This document shows positions 26,391 through 38,736 of a stretch of 64,000 bases of DNA, in pieces. Source of the DNA: Podarcis pityusensis (Eukaryota); assembly GCA_964106645.2 (NCBI GenBank), contig OZ067038.1. The stretch is one strand, 5' to 3'. The notes beneath the pieces are model-generated. The model was given only the letters and a program-made list of their open reading frames with translations. It ran no database searches and was not told the origin of the DNA. The position numbers and the translations under genes are program-made. Position 1 is the stretch's first letter, and the number at the start of each line of letters is the position of its first letter.

Positions 26391-28589
26391 CAGCTTTCAT
26401 GGGATTGGGGCACAGTCAACATTTCTATTATTTGGAACCAATCCTGTAAGTGGAAGTGAAATCACTGGAGGAAAGTGTCTCCAACCCACAGAGATCCAAG
26501 TTTTCAGAAAGAGGTCTTTCTGGAGATGCCAGGGATTGAACCTTGACTGTTCTGTAGTCATAGCACATGTTTTACCCTCTGTGTTGTGGACCTCTAAATT
26601 TGAGGTAGTTTTAATGCTCGTTACATAACCTAGCTATTGCCGCGGCTGGAACTGTTTAAGCAATATGATCTTGTCTGCCGTATTTACATTTGAGTATTTG
26701 CATTTAACTGTTTGATTTGGTGTGTATTTCCTGGTGTGTGAGAAGCTCATACAAAGAATGACTTGGGCTCTGTAAACAGACATAAATATACCAAGGCACC
26801 TTAAAAAATGTATGCTTCCATGCCTTCTACATGTAAAATAGCCTGGGGAACTAACATTAGATATCTGTATGAATAAAGAGTGCCACGTTGTTTTAGTTTA
26901 ATGAAGAACCAATCAGTATTTCTCAAGTCACTTTCACCTCTGTCCTGCTTTAAACATTTACTTCCTCTCCTCCTCCCGACTCAGTGCCAACAAACTGTAA
27001 AAGAGAAGTTCGTAGTGACTTTCACATTTATATCTGTGCAGGGGTCAAAGGGATATTAAAGATTCTTTTAGTGCAGGTGCTCCCTTCCTCCCTTGTTTGC
27101 CATCTCCCTTCCCACGGCCTCTCTTGCACAATTGGCCTCCCTTTGCTGAGATCAGCACTTGGGTTGCAGAAAAGTCCCAGTGAAAAGAGGAAGGGCTCTG
27201 TTATCTTGGTGGCTTCTTTTCGGTAACTGGTGTCTCACTCTCAGGGTCATGGGAAGAGAGACTGATGGGGTTGTAAGCGGCAACTGCAGTGAGAAAGTAA
27301 ATTAGGGATGGGCATGAAAGGCACTGTGCAAGGTGGAAACGGAGGACGGTAGAGGCCAAGGCCACCAAGGTCTCATTTGAGTCATCTGCCTGGTGGGTAG
27401 CTATTGTTTACCACACAGATAGGCAGGTTTAGCTGGGAGAAGAGGAGAATAAAAAATACCTAGCATTGACCAGCACATTCCAAGAGCACTTCACATATGT
27501 CCATAGTTATCCTTGCAACAGCCCTGTTTGATCTGTATTAATGCCATGCTGCAGGAACTCTAGCCAGTGAATAAGCATAGCCAGAGGATTTAGAAATTAC
27601 CTTCCCTCACTGTTTGAACACACACACCAGACACCAGACTGTTTTTTGCTGCAAATAGCAGCTTGAGGTTTTCAGCAGGAAAACGTCACAGGGCTAAAGC
27701 TTCTTCATGTATTTTGTGCATAGGCTTTCCCCCTATAGACATATGGGTCTAATGTGGGGGTGTTGGGAGGAAGCCACCTGTTATAGGATGTGGGGCTTAA
27801 CCACCCCTTTCTTTGTGTGGACCCCCTTCATGTGAGTTAACATATGAAGTGGTGAAGGAGTTGAGCACACACACAATTTCTATCTGGGTAAGGATTCCTC
27901 CACATAGCTGATGAAAGAAGATTGAGATTATATTCTATCAAGAGATTCAAAGAGATGGCTAGCATCCTATCTAACGTTGACACTTATCTTTCAGACACAA
28001 CCAGTCTGTTGAATGTAACAGAATATTAGAGAAAAGAATATTTTCTCACATTAGCAACCAAAGTAACACAAAGAAACTGGTTCCCCAATTGGATAACTTT
28101 TTGATCAAGTATTTTATACAAGTATTTTCCAGTTAAAATAAATTAGCTTGTTCATCCTATATATAGATCTATATAATCTATCATCTATATATAATGTATT
28201 AAATTTGTGGCAGCGAAACCACTAACACTGATTGAGCTGGCTTGGCGGTTTGGAACATTTGGTTCCTTAAGGAAAATAAATAGTTCACAATTCAGTTTCT
28301 GTGCAGGAAGGGAAAATAATCAGTTTGAGTGTTAAATAGTTAAAACCTCATACAGGAAGCAGGCTGAGGACTTAAATAATCTAGAGCAAGTGTCACCAAT
28401 ATTTTTGGGCCCATTGGCAAATAGGAGAAACAGTTGTGTGCACCACACACATAACAAGGAAACATACACTGCAACCCATCTGTTGGGTACAATATAATTC
28501 TTCTTTCAGACCTACTTGCAGTGGGGTAGGAGAGCCTATAGGTAGCAGGGAAGGCTTCTGCAAGCACAATGTTGGCTACCCCTGATTTG

Positions 28590-28714
28590 GCCTTTGCCAA
28601 CCTCCATGTGTTTTGGACCACAACTCCCATCAGCCTCAGCCAGCTTGGCCAATGACTGGGGGTGATAGGAATTGCACTCTTAACATCTGGAAGGCACCAG
28701 GTTAAGGGAGGCTG
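28590..28714. mobile_element. Degenerate palindromic hAT MITE
   Basis: tgttttggaccacaactcccatcagcc...gataggaattgca...catctggaaggcaccaggtt; related to 42624-42759. Confidence 0.6.
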
Positions 28715-31700
28715 ATACAGAGGATGGAGGCTAAAATGGCCTATCATGAAGGCAAGGGAGTTGAATAATGAGATGTGTGAGGGAAAATGCAGGAACCTGC
28801 TTCCTTCTCCCTTCCAGAAATAAGTCTCCTGCAACAGTCAGCTGCTCTGTTACTACAGAGAAAACAGGACAAATAGTTTGGCCCACAAGAAGAAGGGCAA
28901 CTGGAGACACATTTCTCCTCCCAACAATAAATTCTGTCTTTTCAAATGTATATGTGCATGCTACTCAGGACTGTGAGATGGAGCAGGATATACAATGGAT
29001 ATACAATGTAAGTGATTCCAGTTTATGGAATTCTTCAGCTGATAGTTTCTGATTGGCCTATAAATGATACCACACAGCAGACAAAATGGAATGAACCAGT
29101 TTAGACAGAAGCCCTTAGAGGTGTTCCTTAAGTGAAAGGGGCTCCACTTGAGTGAAGAATAATGGGGCCATCTGACTGACTGTGGTCCTGAGACCACATC
29201 CATCCTCCTGGTTCTGCCTATCCCCAACTCCAGAACATTGAGCAAAGCTGCCAATGTAACAGGTGTGACAGTTTTGCAGTTGGGGTGTGGTTGGACCATA
29301 TCGGCTTTCCTCCGCAAGCTGCACTGTAATGTCACCTCCTGGGTGCGGCTCGTCAAAGAAATACCTATAATGGACAAGGACAACAGTTAACTTGCCATAG
29401 CAAATTATCTTGGCTTGTAAAAATATCCCATTTGTTTTGCTAGCTGTGGTGAGCAGTAATTAATTTCTGACCGTAAAATCTTTTTCTAAACATCATCATT
29501 TTGCTTCCTTTCTTCCCCCTTGCTCCCTTTTAGTTTATTTTAACACTGCTACTTTTGTTATCTGCCATATACAATCAATGTGGCTTACTTGTTAAAATGA
29601 CCACAAATGCCTTGCAAAAGCTCATTCACAGTGTAAAGATCGTAACACTCTTATCATCAGGGAAGAGTTGCCTTAATCTGAAGAAAACCTTTAAAGTACC
29701 TGCCATGCCAGATTCTGGTACTGAGAGGCAAAAATAATTACGAATGATTAAAACTGACCACAAATGCCAAGTGAGAATTTCCTTTGCATTAAACTAGAGT
29801 TCTGTAACTTGCAGTGAGAGCTGTTCTGAAAGAGAGAGTAGAAGAGCATTTGACTTTCTAAACATAATTATTCTGAATTTTTAGAAAACAACGTATTTCC
29901 TTTCAGACCGGGTGTTGTTAAAGTACTTTTTTAATGTCAGTTTTCTTTAGCTTCAGTCAAGTCTGCCAAAGTCCATGTTCTTGTTCTAGGCTTGGTAAAT
30001 TGGCTGGGAAAGTTACATAGCCTTGTATTTCCGAGTTTGGGATCTGCTGGCTTGGGGAATTAATATTAAGAATAACAAATATGTATTGTGAATGAAATGC
30101 TTTTCATTTGTTTTCTCTACTATAATACCAAATGCACACAGGTGCTTCTCTAGTAAGCACATGTTCAGTGAGTATAAATTGATAAAATGAGACATGCAAA
30201 TGGTATCTTCACCGAAAACTGTATAGTGAAGGTGACAGGTGTATCTCCATGGGGAGGGAATTCAACAACGTAGGCACTGCCACAGGGAATAGGCTCTCCC
30301 AGGCCGCTGCCACCCCTGAATTTCTGAGGGCAGCAGAAGTACCAAGAGATTGTCACACCGAAGAGAGCCCATAGGGAAGGAGGGGGATCTCTCATGTTTT
30401 TAGGGCCTAAGTTGGTTAGGCTTTTAAACACTAGCTTGTAACATAACAGGATATTAAAAGTAAATACAGCTTTAGATTTGCATGCTTTCTCCTTTTTCTC
30501 ATGCCAGTGAAGGAGAAAAATTCAAATCATTCACTTCCCATTTTAAACAAGTCACAGTTCCCTGTGATATCCAGACTCCAGGAGCAAACCATGGCTTCAG
30601 ATTCAGACTTGTTCTGAAAACATAATATAGCCCAACCAAGGTTTTCTGTATTCAGACACGTGGAAACAATTGATCATTTAGAATGGAAGCAGAAGTTTCA
30701 GATCTCCTCTTCTTGTCCACCAGGGAAGAGTGGAATGTGTGTTACATCTAAACTGAACTTAGAGAATAAGCAGTCCATTTCACAAACTTCCTCTTTACCC
30801 GATATATCGTACTGCTGCTATCTTTCAGCATATTGGAGAGGTGGTATTGGCTTTTCTCCTATGAAGGAGGATGCTAAGCCTCTTGAATCTATTCCACTTC
30901 TTTGACTGAGAGTTAAATAAATCAATTTATTTAATATATTTATATCCCACTCTTGACTGAAGGTCTATATATTATTACTATGTAGATTTTCATCCAGGCA
31001 TATCTCAGTATCCTTTATCTTTTGAGAGCTGGGTTGTAGCACATGCCTTTTAGGTCTTAAAAGTCATCTTTATGAGCAGGAAACCTGAGGCAGAAAATAT
31101 TGAATGTTTAACCAGAAGTAGGACCTCACCTATATTCCAATTGGTTCACAGCGGCCAGCGGCTAAGCCAACCAGTATTAATGGTGGTGGGCATTTGCAAT
31201 GCTTCCCCAGGGTTTTGTGCTTCTTCCCAGTAGAAATTAATGGTAGTCATTTATGTTTACGAGTTGGATAAAAGTATTGATGGACACCATGGGAACAGAG
31301 GATATAAAGGCCCTGGAAATCCCAGTTTTATCCCCTCCCAACTACAGTATGTCCCAAACCTCAGCCCCTTTACGCTGCTCCCATATAACTTGGAAGGAGG
31401 TACTGAGACTCAAGTCAGTCCTTGCTACAGATCTCAGGCCTTGGTTCTGTTGGTCACCCTGGGCTAGAAGGTGATGGGAATGTAGGAAACTTTTATAATG
31501 ATACAGTTCCATTTGTAAACCATCTAATAATGGAATTGGAATCAATACGGTTTATTTATTTTTTAAAAGAAGGAGCCTCTTTGTCATTGGGTTACAATCT
31601 AGCAAACACAGCACAAAGACTTTCTGTTCCGGGATATAGGCTTCTTGGTGGCCTGCCCCCCGCTTGGTGCAGGCGGACAACAGACACTTCCTTCCTCTTC

Positions 31701-32866
31701 CTTAAATAAAGATCCTCCTTCCCTAAATAAAAGTAGCCTTGTTTATCTTTGACTGCTCTCGGGAGACTTGTCTTTTTGCTGGCCAGAGGTTAGAATTTCG
31801 CTTTAGCAAGTACATTTGTGTCATAGCTAGCGGAACATCTTGTACTGCTTTCTGACCCGTTTGCCTGAGGGAAGTATTGTTTGATGTCCTGCATACTAAG
31901 CAATTGTCCATAGGCTGTGCGGATTGCATCCGGAATCTTATCAGGATCAGAACACGAGTTGTCATTTGGGTGGACTAGAAAACAATTGGCAGCCCCTGGT
32001 ATCAATTGAAGATTGATACCAAGAGCTCATAAGCAGAGGGTGAAAGACATACTGGGCCCAGAATCAAGTAGATCAAAATTGTCTGCACATTAACAGAGCC
32101 CCACATGGCAGCCCATATGACAGCTGCTATGATAGGATAAGGTCTTGGTTATCATACATAGCATTTTTTTCCCAAACTACCACAATCATTTTCAGAAGAG
32201 GGTGGAGCAGTGGCTGAAACCTGGAAAGGATGTGGTGTTTCCGCTTTGATCTGAGAGGGCCTGGTACAGAGACATAGATAAAGTTATCTTTCTATTAGTA
32301 AGTGAGAAGCACAGTAAATCAAGTTGTTGTAAGTAGTGTCCTCCTTTTACTCCAGCAAAAAAGAAAGAAAGAAGATGCTATACTTTTATTACTTTTACTA
32401 CTCTCCTAATGTGATTGTCAAATAGTGATCCGGGAAACCCTCAATGAGAAGATATATGCAAGCTTCTCTGAAAGATGCCTGGCCCATGACTGCTGACCAA
32501 TGTTCCCGGCAAGTGGAACTACAGTATAGACAGAAGTAGTGATGAGATTGCAATGCATCAGAGCCCAGCAGGTTCAAGAAGCACACAACACACAAACACA
32601 TGTCTGCACAAATATATCTTAATAGCTGCAGCCAGGTAAGTATTGTTACAGAAGGAAGTGTCACCTTTGGGATGTGTACAGCTACTCTGCATCTCTTCAT
32701 GTATGGTTAATGCTTAAACAATAGAGCTCTGTGTTGGTTGGTTGAAATAATTAAATGTTTTCCTTTTTTTAATAATCAAAATGAAAACATAATTTACCTT
32801 ACTTTAAAAAAACCCTAACACGAGGAGCCATGCGTGTTTGTTAGCAATTGATAAATTGTTCTAGAT

Positions 32867-33177
32867 CAGGGGGAGGCAACCTAAGCGGCCCAAGGGGGGT
32901 CGTTTAACCAGCCCACGACCCACCCCTGAACCGAGCCGCCTGCTCGGCGAGTCCCTGCACACTGTACTAAACTGGCCCAGCGTGGGGACTCGCTTCTGCG
33001 GTGCCGGAAATCACGTCTGCACATGCTCAAATGCCGAAAATTGTGTCTGCGCAGATGTAGATGCCAGAAATCGTGTCTGTGCAGACGCCGGAAATTGTGC
33101 GGCCGCGCGATCCGGCCCATGGAGGGATCTCCGCTGGAGTGAACTGATCCAGGCAAGGTAAACCTTGCCAACCCCTG
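32867..33177. mobile_element. hAT-type MITE with internal ~30-bp tandem repeat
   Basis: Termini CAGGGGGAGGCAA / TTGCCAACCCCTG; TSD TTCTAGAT/TGCTAGAT; about 3.5 copies of a gccggaaat..tgtctgc.ca unit at ~33003-33099. Confidence 0.85.
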
Positions 33178-33522
33178 TGCTAGATGATCTTGTGTCTTGC
33201 GAATTAAGGTGCTGAGTACATAACGTTCTTTATACATTTGCTATCCAAACAGCCCCAAGGGATGATTTTTAGTCCCATTTTACAGATTTTAGAGATTTAG
33301 GGCAAGATCCAGTGTCATGCCAGTGGACTCATTGGGGCTTCACCTTCCACTCTGGAGCTCACTCTTCTCCCCATCTGCTCCCAAGGTGCACAAGGGTTGC
33401 AGGAGACAGAAGAGGAAGTGTAAGGAAGATAAAAGGAAGTCCTTTGTGCAAGCAGAATGCCACAATTGGATATCATCCTGTAGCTGCACTCTTATACTGT
33501 CAAGGTCCCAGTTGACCTAGAC

Positions 33523-33771
33523 CTGGGGTCAGCAACCTTTTTCAACCGTGCGCCGGTCCACCGTCCCTCAGACCATGTGGTGGGCCAGACTATTTTTTTG
33601 GGGGGGAGGGAACGAATTCGTATGCCTCACAAATAACCCAGAGATGCATTTTAAATAAAAGCACACATTCTCCTCATGTAAAAACACGCTGATTCCCGGA
33701 CCGTCTGTGCGCCAGATTGAGAAGGCGATTGGGCCGCATCTGGCCCCTGGGCCTTAGGTTGTCTTCCCCTG
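33523..33771 (+). mobile_element. hAT-type MITE, family H1
   Basis: Perfect TSD ACCTAGAC; reverse complement of the 5528-5785 element. Confidence 0.9.
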
Positions 33772-34243
33772 ACCTAGACTCTAGAGAGACCTCTTTAGAT
33801 AAAGACTTGAGACAGTTTTGAGAACTCCACTCAGATGGAAGACTAGAGTAACCCATAGTAGTCCAAAAGCAAAATGAGGAGCTCTTTGTCTCAGGGATTT
33901 CTTGCATGAGCCCCCTTCGACCCCATGCTCAAAGAATTTGGATATAAAAATACAAGGAAAATTGGGATTAGCAGGAGAAAGAGGAAGAGCCAATGGATTG
34001 TTTTCTGAGCATAGTTGGAGACTGGCATATTTAAATGTAGTAGCAAGAGGGTGAAGAGCAGGATAATTGTGGGGAAGGTGGCAATCAGTAGTAGAGAGAT
34101 CAAGGGATCACTTGGTCATTGTGGAGTCAGGGACTACAGGTAGTCAACTCTTCAAGTGAGACAAGGAGTTAAGAGGGGAGAGAGGAAAAGAGCAAAGTAT
34201 TTGGTTTTGATTTTATTACTGGAAACGGAAAATCTTGGGCAGA

Positions 34244-34292
34244 GGAAGGAAGGAAGGAAGGAAAGAAGGAAGGAAGGAAAGAAGGAAGGAAA
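34244..34292. repeat. (GGAA)n imperfect microsatellite
   Basis: Direct read. Confidence 0.85.
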
Positions 34293-35628
34293 AAGAAGGA
34301 GAAGGTACTTGGGCGAGCCAGAGCAGGGCATCACAGGTAGAAATGTGGTGATGCTGAGAGTTTCTGAGAGTGAGTGGGATGTACAAGTGTTCTTTTGCGA
34401 GGTAGATGGCAGTTGAGAAGCAATATATTGACAGCAATATGGTCAGCCAACTCATTCTTCTTCAAATGCTTTCACCCACACGAATAGAAGGAGCACAGCA
34501 GGAGCTTCTTCTTCATTGGGAGAGTGGGGCCACAAAGTTAAGAGCTGATTACAAGAGTGAATTGAAGGTGGCAACTGCAGAAGGTACTGAGCAGACAGAA
34601 GCAACAAAAGGAGAGAAGCGCGTGGAAAATGGCAAGGCAAATTCCCACAATTTTATTTCCTGTGATTCACCCAGAATGAAGTTGTTCTTGCATTTAGTTG
34701 AACCATAATGTTGCAGTTTCAGAAAGATCTGCTTTCCAACAACTGCAGCATTTCCTAGTGGTAATTTGGCATTCAGGATTTGGGAAAGGAAAGGGAGGGA
34801 GGGAGGGAGCCCATGACCTGTTCTCAATTCTCCCTAGCGGGCAGATGAAATATTGTTCTAGCAGCCCCCCCCCCTTTTCCAGATTTGAATTCTGTGCTCA
34901 TACTTGCTGCATTGGATTCTCTCAGGAAGAAGGGAGTTGCATCTGTGAAATTATTTTTTGCTGAAAACAGTTGATTATGATAATGACAGCCCCAGTGTGA
35001 AATTCATTATTCAGCAGAGGCTTCCACACCTCAAAATCACAGAAGATGGGTTTCAGGTTTGTACAGTAACAAGCCTAGTAGAAGAAGAAATACTTTCTTC
35101 ATGTACAAGTCAGGCAAAAGAAAAGCTTGCCTGCCAAGAGTACTTTGCATTCAGAGTCTCTCGGTACAAATTTGAATTTTCTTTATAGTGCAAGCAAGCA
35201 GTTGAATTGGTCTGTCACTCCTTTACTCCTCTTATTACTTTCTCACCAAACCCAAATATTTCAAGATACTGACTGAGTAGATAGATAGATCCTACCTGAA
35301 ATGCAAGCCAATTCTACGTAATGATGAATTTTATGAGTAGAATTGTAGCAAAGAAAAAGCCTTTACTATTTATAGTAGTTTGCTCATTAATTCATGTTTC
35401 TCCTCTTCTGGATTTCTGGGTTCCTTTTGAGCTCATGGTGATAGAAGCACGTCCATAGCATTTTGCCTGATTAAACTGGAATCGTATTCTGTATAACTGC
35501 TTCGCATGAGAGAGGAAAAAATAGACCATTAACTTTACTGAATTTACTTTCCTTCTGAAGTTGAGGACGGGAGATCCTTTTTCCTGCTTTAAGGGGGAGA
35601 ATGTCATTTTTGGGATTCCTTTTTCTAG

Positions 35629-36474
35629 TTTGTTCTGCGAAAACTGACATTCGTCAACATCCTAAACTTACGCTTGTCAGATAAAAGAATAGAAACACAA
35701 ATAAACTCAACATCCTCTAGACATTCTAGAAAGATGAGGTATGCATACAATCCTTTCAACTCTGACCTTTGTAACTTTAACTGACATATTGGAAACTTCT
35801 GTGGGTTATTTAAAAAAAAAAACCTAAGAGGTACTTGACTCTGGGGAAAAATTGCAAACATTAAGGCAACAATAGCTATATGTGCATACATAATAGGGCC
35901 TGCAAAATCAAAGGATAGCTTCTTTGATGATGATGATGACAACGGCGATGACTGTTTATCAAGCATTCAACACAGAACTTTCACATCACCTCATATATTT
36001 GCATACATTAGTTTGTGAGACTACCCTAAGATCACCCTTGTTTCTCTAGACAGCACACTTGGAACAGTTGATGCAAAAGATCTATCTCGCATGAGTACAC
36101 AGTTTGAGAGAGACAGAGAAAGAGTTACCGGGTATATAAAACGTTTAAAAATGCTTATATGAAGGTACGTCTATAGAAATAAAGGCTCCTTCACTGATCT
36201 GGCTTCCATCTCTGTCATCTTGTCTCACTGTGTGATTGCACAACAGTTTCCATCACGACAATCAGCTCAGTGATTTTGGGCTTCTCGAGTAAGAATGGGC
36301 ACTCCCTTAAAACTAGAAACACTAAAATCTGTACGTGAGCTTTTAAAGACTTCCTTGACACTCCCTAAGAAACCTCAGTGAAATTTAGTTCTAAGGAATA
36401 TGTAGCGCATGAGTTGCAGATCAGGAACTTACTTAAACCAGGATGAGAGTCTATTTTCTCATTACAAAGACTGA
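35629..36474 (+). pseudogene. Decayed protein-coding frame of unknown origin (candidate endogenous viral or foreign gene fossil)
   Basis: 282 codons in one frame. The first 258 contain six stops, all TGA, and no TAA or TAG. No recognised homologue. Confidence 0.5.
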
Positions 36475-36629
36475 GTGATTAATTTATTATGATTTCCAGT
36501 GGAGTTAGCAGTATAGATTACCGTACCCTTTGAAACTTGTGATGGTTGAGAGTGAAAATTATACAAATTCTTGAACTTTATGTTTCCAGTTTTTCCACGT
36601 TTGCATGTGTTTTAGGGAAACATGCTGTC

Positions 36630-36670
<41 letters not shown>
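36630..36670. repeat. Compound (TG)n(AG)n microsatellite
   Basis: Direct read. Confidence 0.9.
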
Positions 36671-36958
36671 TGGAGCTGGTGCAAAAAATAGAAAAGGGGG
36701 GCACCCCACATTCCACCCTGTCTAGCATGAGGCTAGCTTGGGATGTGGCAGTGACTCCACCACTTCTTTCAGTCCCACTGCTCAAAGCTAGAAGTTAGAC
36801 TTGCTAATTCTAGGAACTCTATACAACAAAATATCTAAATACAAGTATTTGGGTATGTCTAGGTAACCTGTATCAATTAAAGAGAGTTTTCCTTCTGTTG
36901 AAGTGTCGTGTGATTCTGATCAGTGGTAAATAGAGGAGATAGTGGCTGTTTCAGACTA

Positions 36959-37166
36959 CAGTCATACCCCGGGTTACAGACGCTTCGGGTTGCGTGTTTT
37001 CAGGTTGCGCACCATGCCAAACCTGGAAGTACCGGAACAGGTTACTTCCGGGTTTTGGTGCATGCGCAGAAGCACCAAATCGCAACCCGCGCATGCACAG
37101 ACGCGGCGCTGCAGGTTGCGAACGTGCCTCCCGCACGGATCACATTTGCAACCCAAGCATCCCCTG
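36959..37166. mobile_element. Tc1/mariner(Tigger)-like MITE, family D
   Basis: TA|CAGTCATACCCCGGGTT...AACCCAAGCATCCCCTG|TA; CpG-rich; catgcgcagaag core shared with families A and C. Confidence 0.8.
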
Positions 37167-37178
37167 TACTCTGATATA

Positions 37179-37304
37179 TCTGAAGAAGTGTGCATGCACA
37201 CGAAAGCTCATACCAAAAACAAACTTAGTTGGTCTCTAAGGTGCTACTGGAAGGAATTTTTTTATTTTGTTTCGACTATGGCAGACCAACACGGCTATCT
37301 ACCT
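37179..37304. mobile_element. Penelope-like terminal fragment
   Basis: tctgaagaagtgtgcatgcacacgaaagctcatacc...ttagttggtctctaaggtgctactgga; a second copy lies at 46696-46795. Family assignment from memory. Confidence 0.65.
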
Positions 37305-38274
37305 GTAATTAGAACTCTGATATAAAAGGCTCTGATCTTACATGCATGCCCCTACTAGTATAGAACAGCAATAAAGTAACTCCTTTTAACCGTTATAAGG
37401 GCAAAGGAGGAGTTGAAAATGTGATAAGAGAAGCTTGCTGGACAATTTTAAGTGGCTCTTCTTAGGAAGCAAATGTGCAAACATCTTTTACTTGGTTTAG
37501 GCTTTAGTGCAGTGGGGTAGTTTGATCCAATCTGTACCCATTCATTTCTTACCAAATTAAGACAGTGCACAACTGAATACAGACAGGACCATTTCTGCCA
37601 ACACTGTTGCCGTGGTTACCATTAGTGAGTGATACTGCCTTGCCACACATTCTGATGCAAGGCTGTCACAAACACCCTGGAATTTTGAGTTTGGTGAGAC
37701 CAGATTTTTTTACATTGTTTTGACTTTTTTCCAGTCAATAAATTGTCCAGCTCTTACCTCAGCATCCATTTTTTTGATCAATACTGTCAGGAATTCATGC
37801 AAATGGCTCGAGGACTAAGCTTTGGGAACACTTCTTGAAGACCAAGTGGTGTATCACCTAGATTTTTGGCTTACTACAGCGCTATGTAGCACTCTGCTGA
37901 ACATTTTTGGACAAGCTAGGAATGCTGAATAGTTCATTCAGTTAGAAGGATCTGGTAAACCCCAACTGCAGCTAGGGAGGGAAATGCAAAAGGCAAATTA
38001 AATATTAGTAAGAAGTAGATAAGCTTTATTGTACTAGCCAAAGGCCATGACGAAACCATAGAAACACTATCAGAAAAAGAAATATCTATACATCTATATA
38101 TCTGTATAAAAAAACAGAACCTCTGCCTAAACCATTGGAATCATAAAATACAGGTGCATGCTTAAATTGGGGGTCTCCACACAGCATACAGTATTTTCCT
38201 ATTTAGACCCCTGAATTGCTAAGAAGTGTGCATTTAAGTAGAGTTGTTGAAGATGTAAATGTTTCGAATAGTGC

Positions 38275-38736
38275 TGTCAGGCATGGAGAACCCTCCTCTT
38301 CCTTCGGTAACGATAAGAATTAACACACAGTTGATATAGTCCTTTTATTACAGCATCATGCTGCAAGCACAAATACACAGCTCTCCACAAGGAGGGCAGT
38401 TGGCTACTCTAAATCCTCCTTCCGACTTCCACAGCATTTTAGGCACCAACGGGAAGTTCCTCCCTCCCTCTGACTCCTTTGCTCTCTGATATGTACGTTT
38501 GGACCTCCGAGTTCGTGGAGAGGGGGGTCCCCTAAACTCTCAAGTGACGTCTCAACTAGCTGCCCCCTCCCTTCTGGCTCCCTTGTTATTATCTTGTAAT
38601 TGGATAACTCCTCCCTAAGCTGTTCAGCTTCTGTGTCTCTCTCTGTGACTCTTCCCCCTCCAGCTCTCCATCAGAGAGAAGCTGGTCTGCCATAGAATGC
38701 GTTCCCCAGTCCTCGTCTTCAGACCATTCCCTGACA
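38275..38736 (-). mobile_element. Solo LTR (462 bp)
   Basis: TG...CA ends with inverted repeats TGTCAGGCATGG / CCATTCCCTGACA; perfect 5-bp TSD AGTGC; AATAAA on the minus strand near 38343-38348. Confidence 0.82.

Noticed and set aside
31240-31467. GYKGPGN resembling the parvovirus VP1 PLA2 calcium loop
   Set aside because: No downstream HDxxY catalytic motif; the match is too short.
32881-33237. 118-aa ORF with RHDF/RHNF repeats
   Set aside because: Translation of the ~30-bp tandem repeat inside a hAT MITE. It is also not a CRISPR array: there are no unique spacers and the DNA is eukaryotic.
34156-34708. ORFs of 79-100 aa around the GGAA repeat
   Set aside because: Purine-rich, low-complexity sequence with no recognisable domain or splice structure.
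35629-36402. Multi-selenocysteine selenoprotein reading of the TGA-only frame
   Set aside because: No Cys/Sec-type contexts, no recognisable SECIS element, and no similarity to selenoprotein P.
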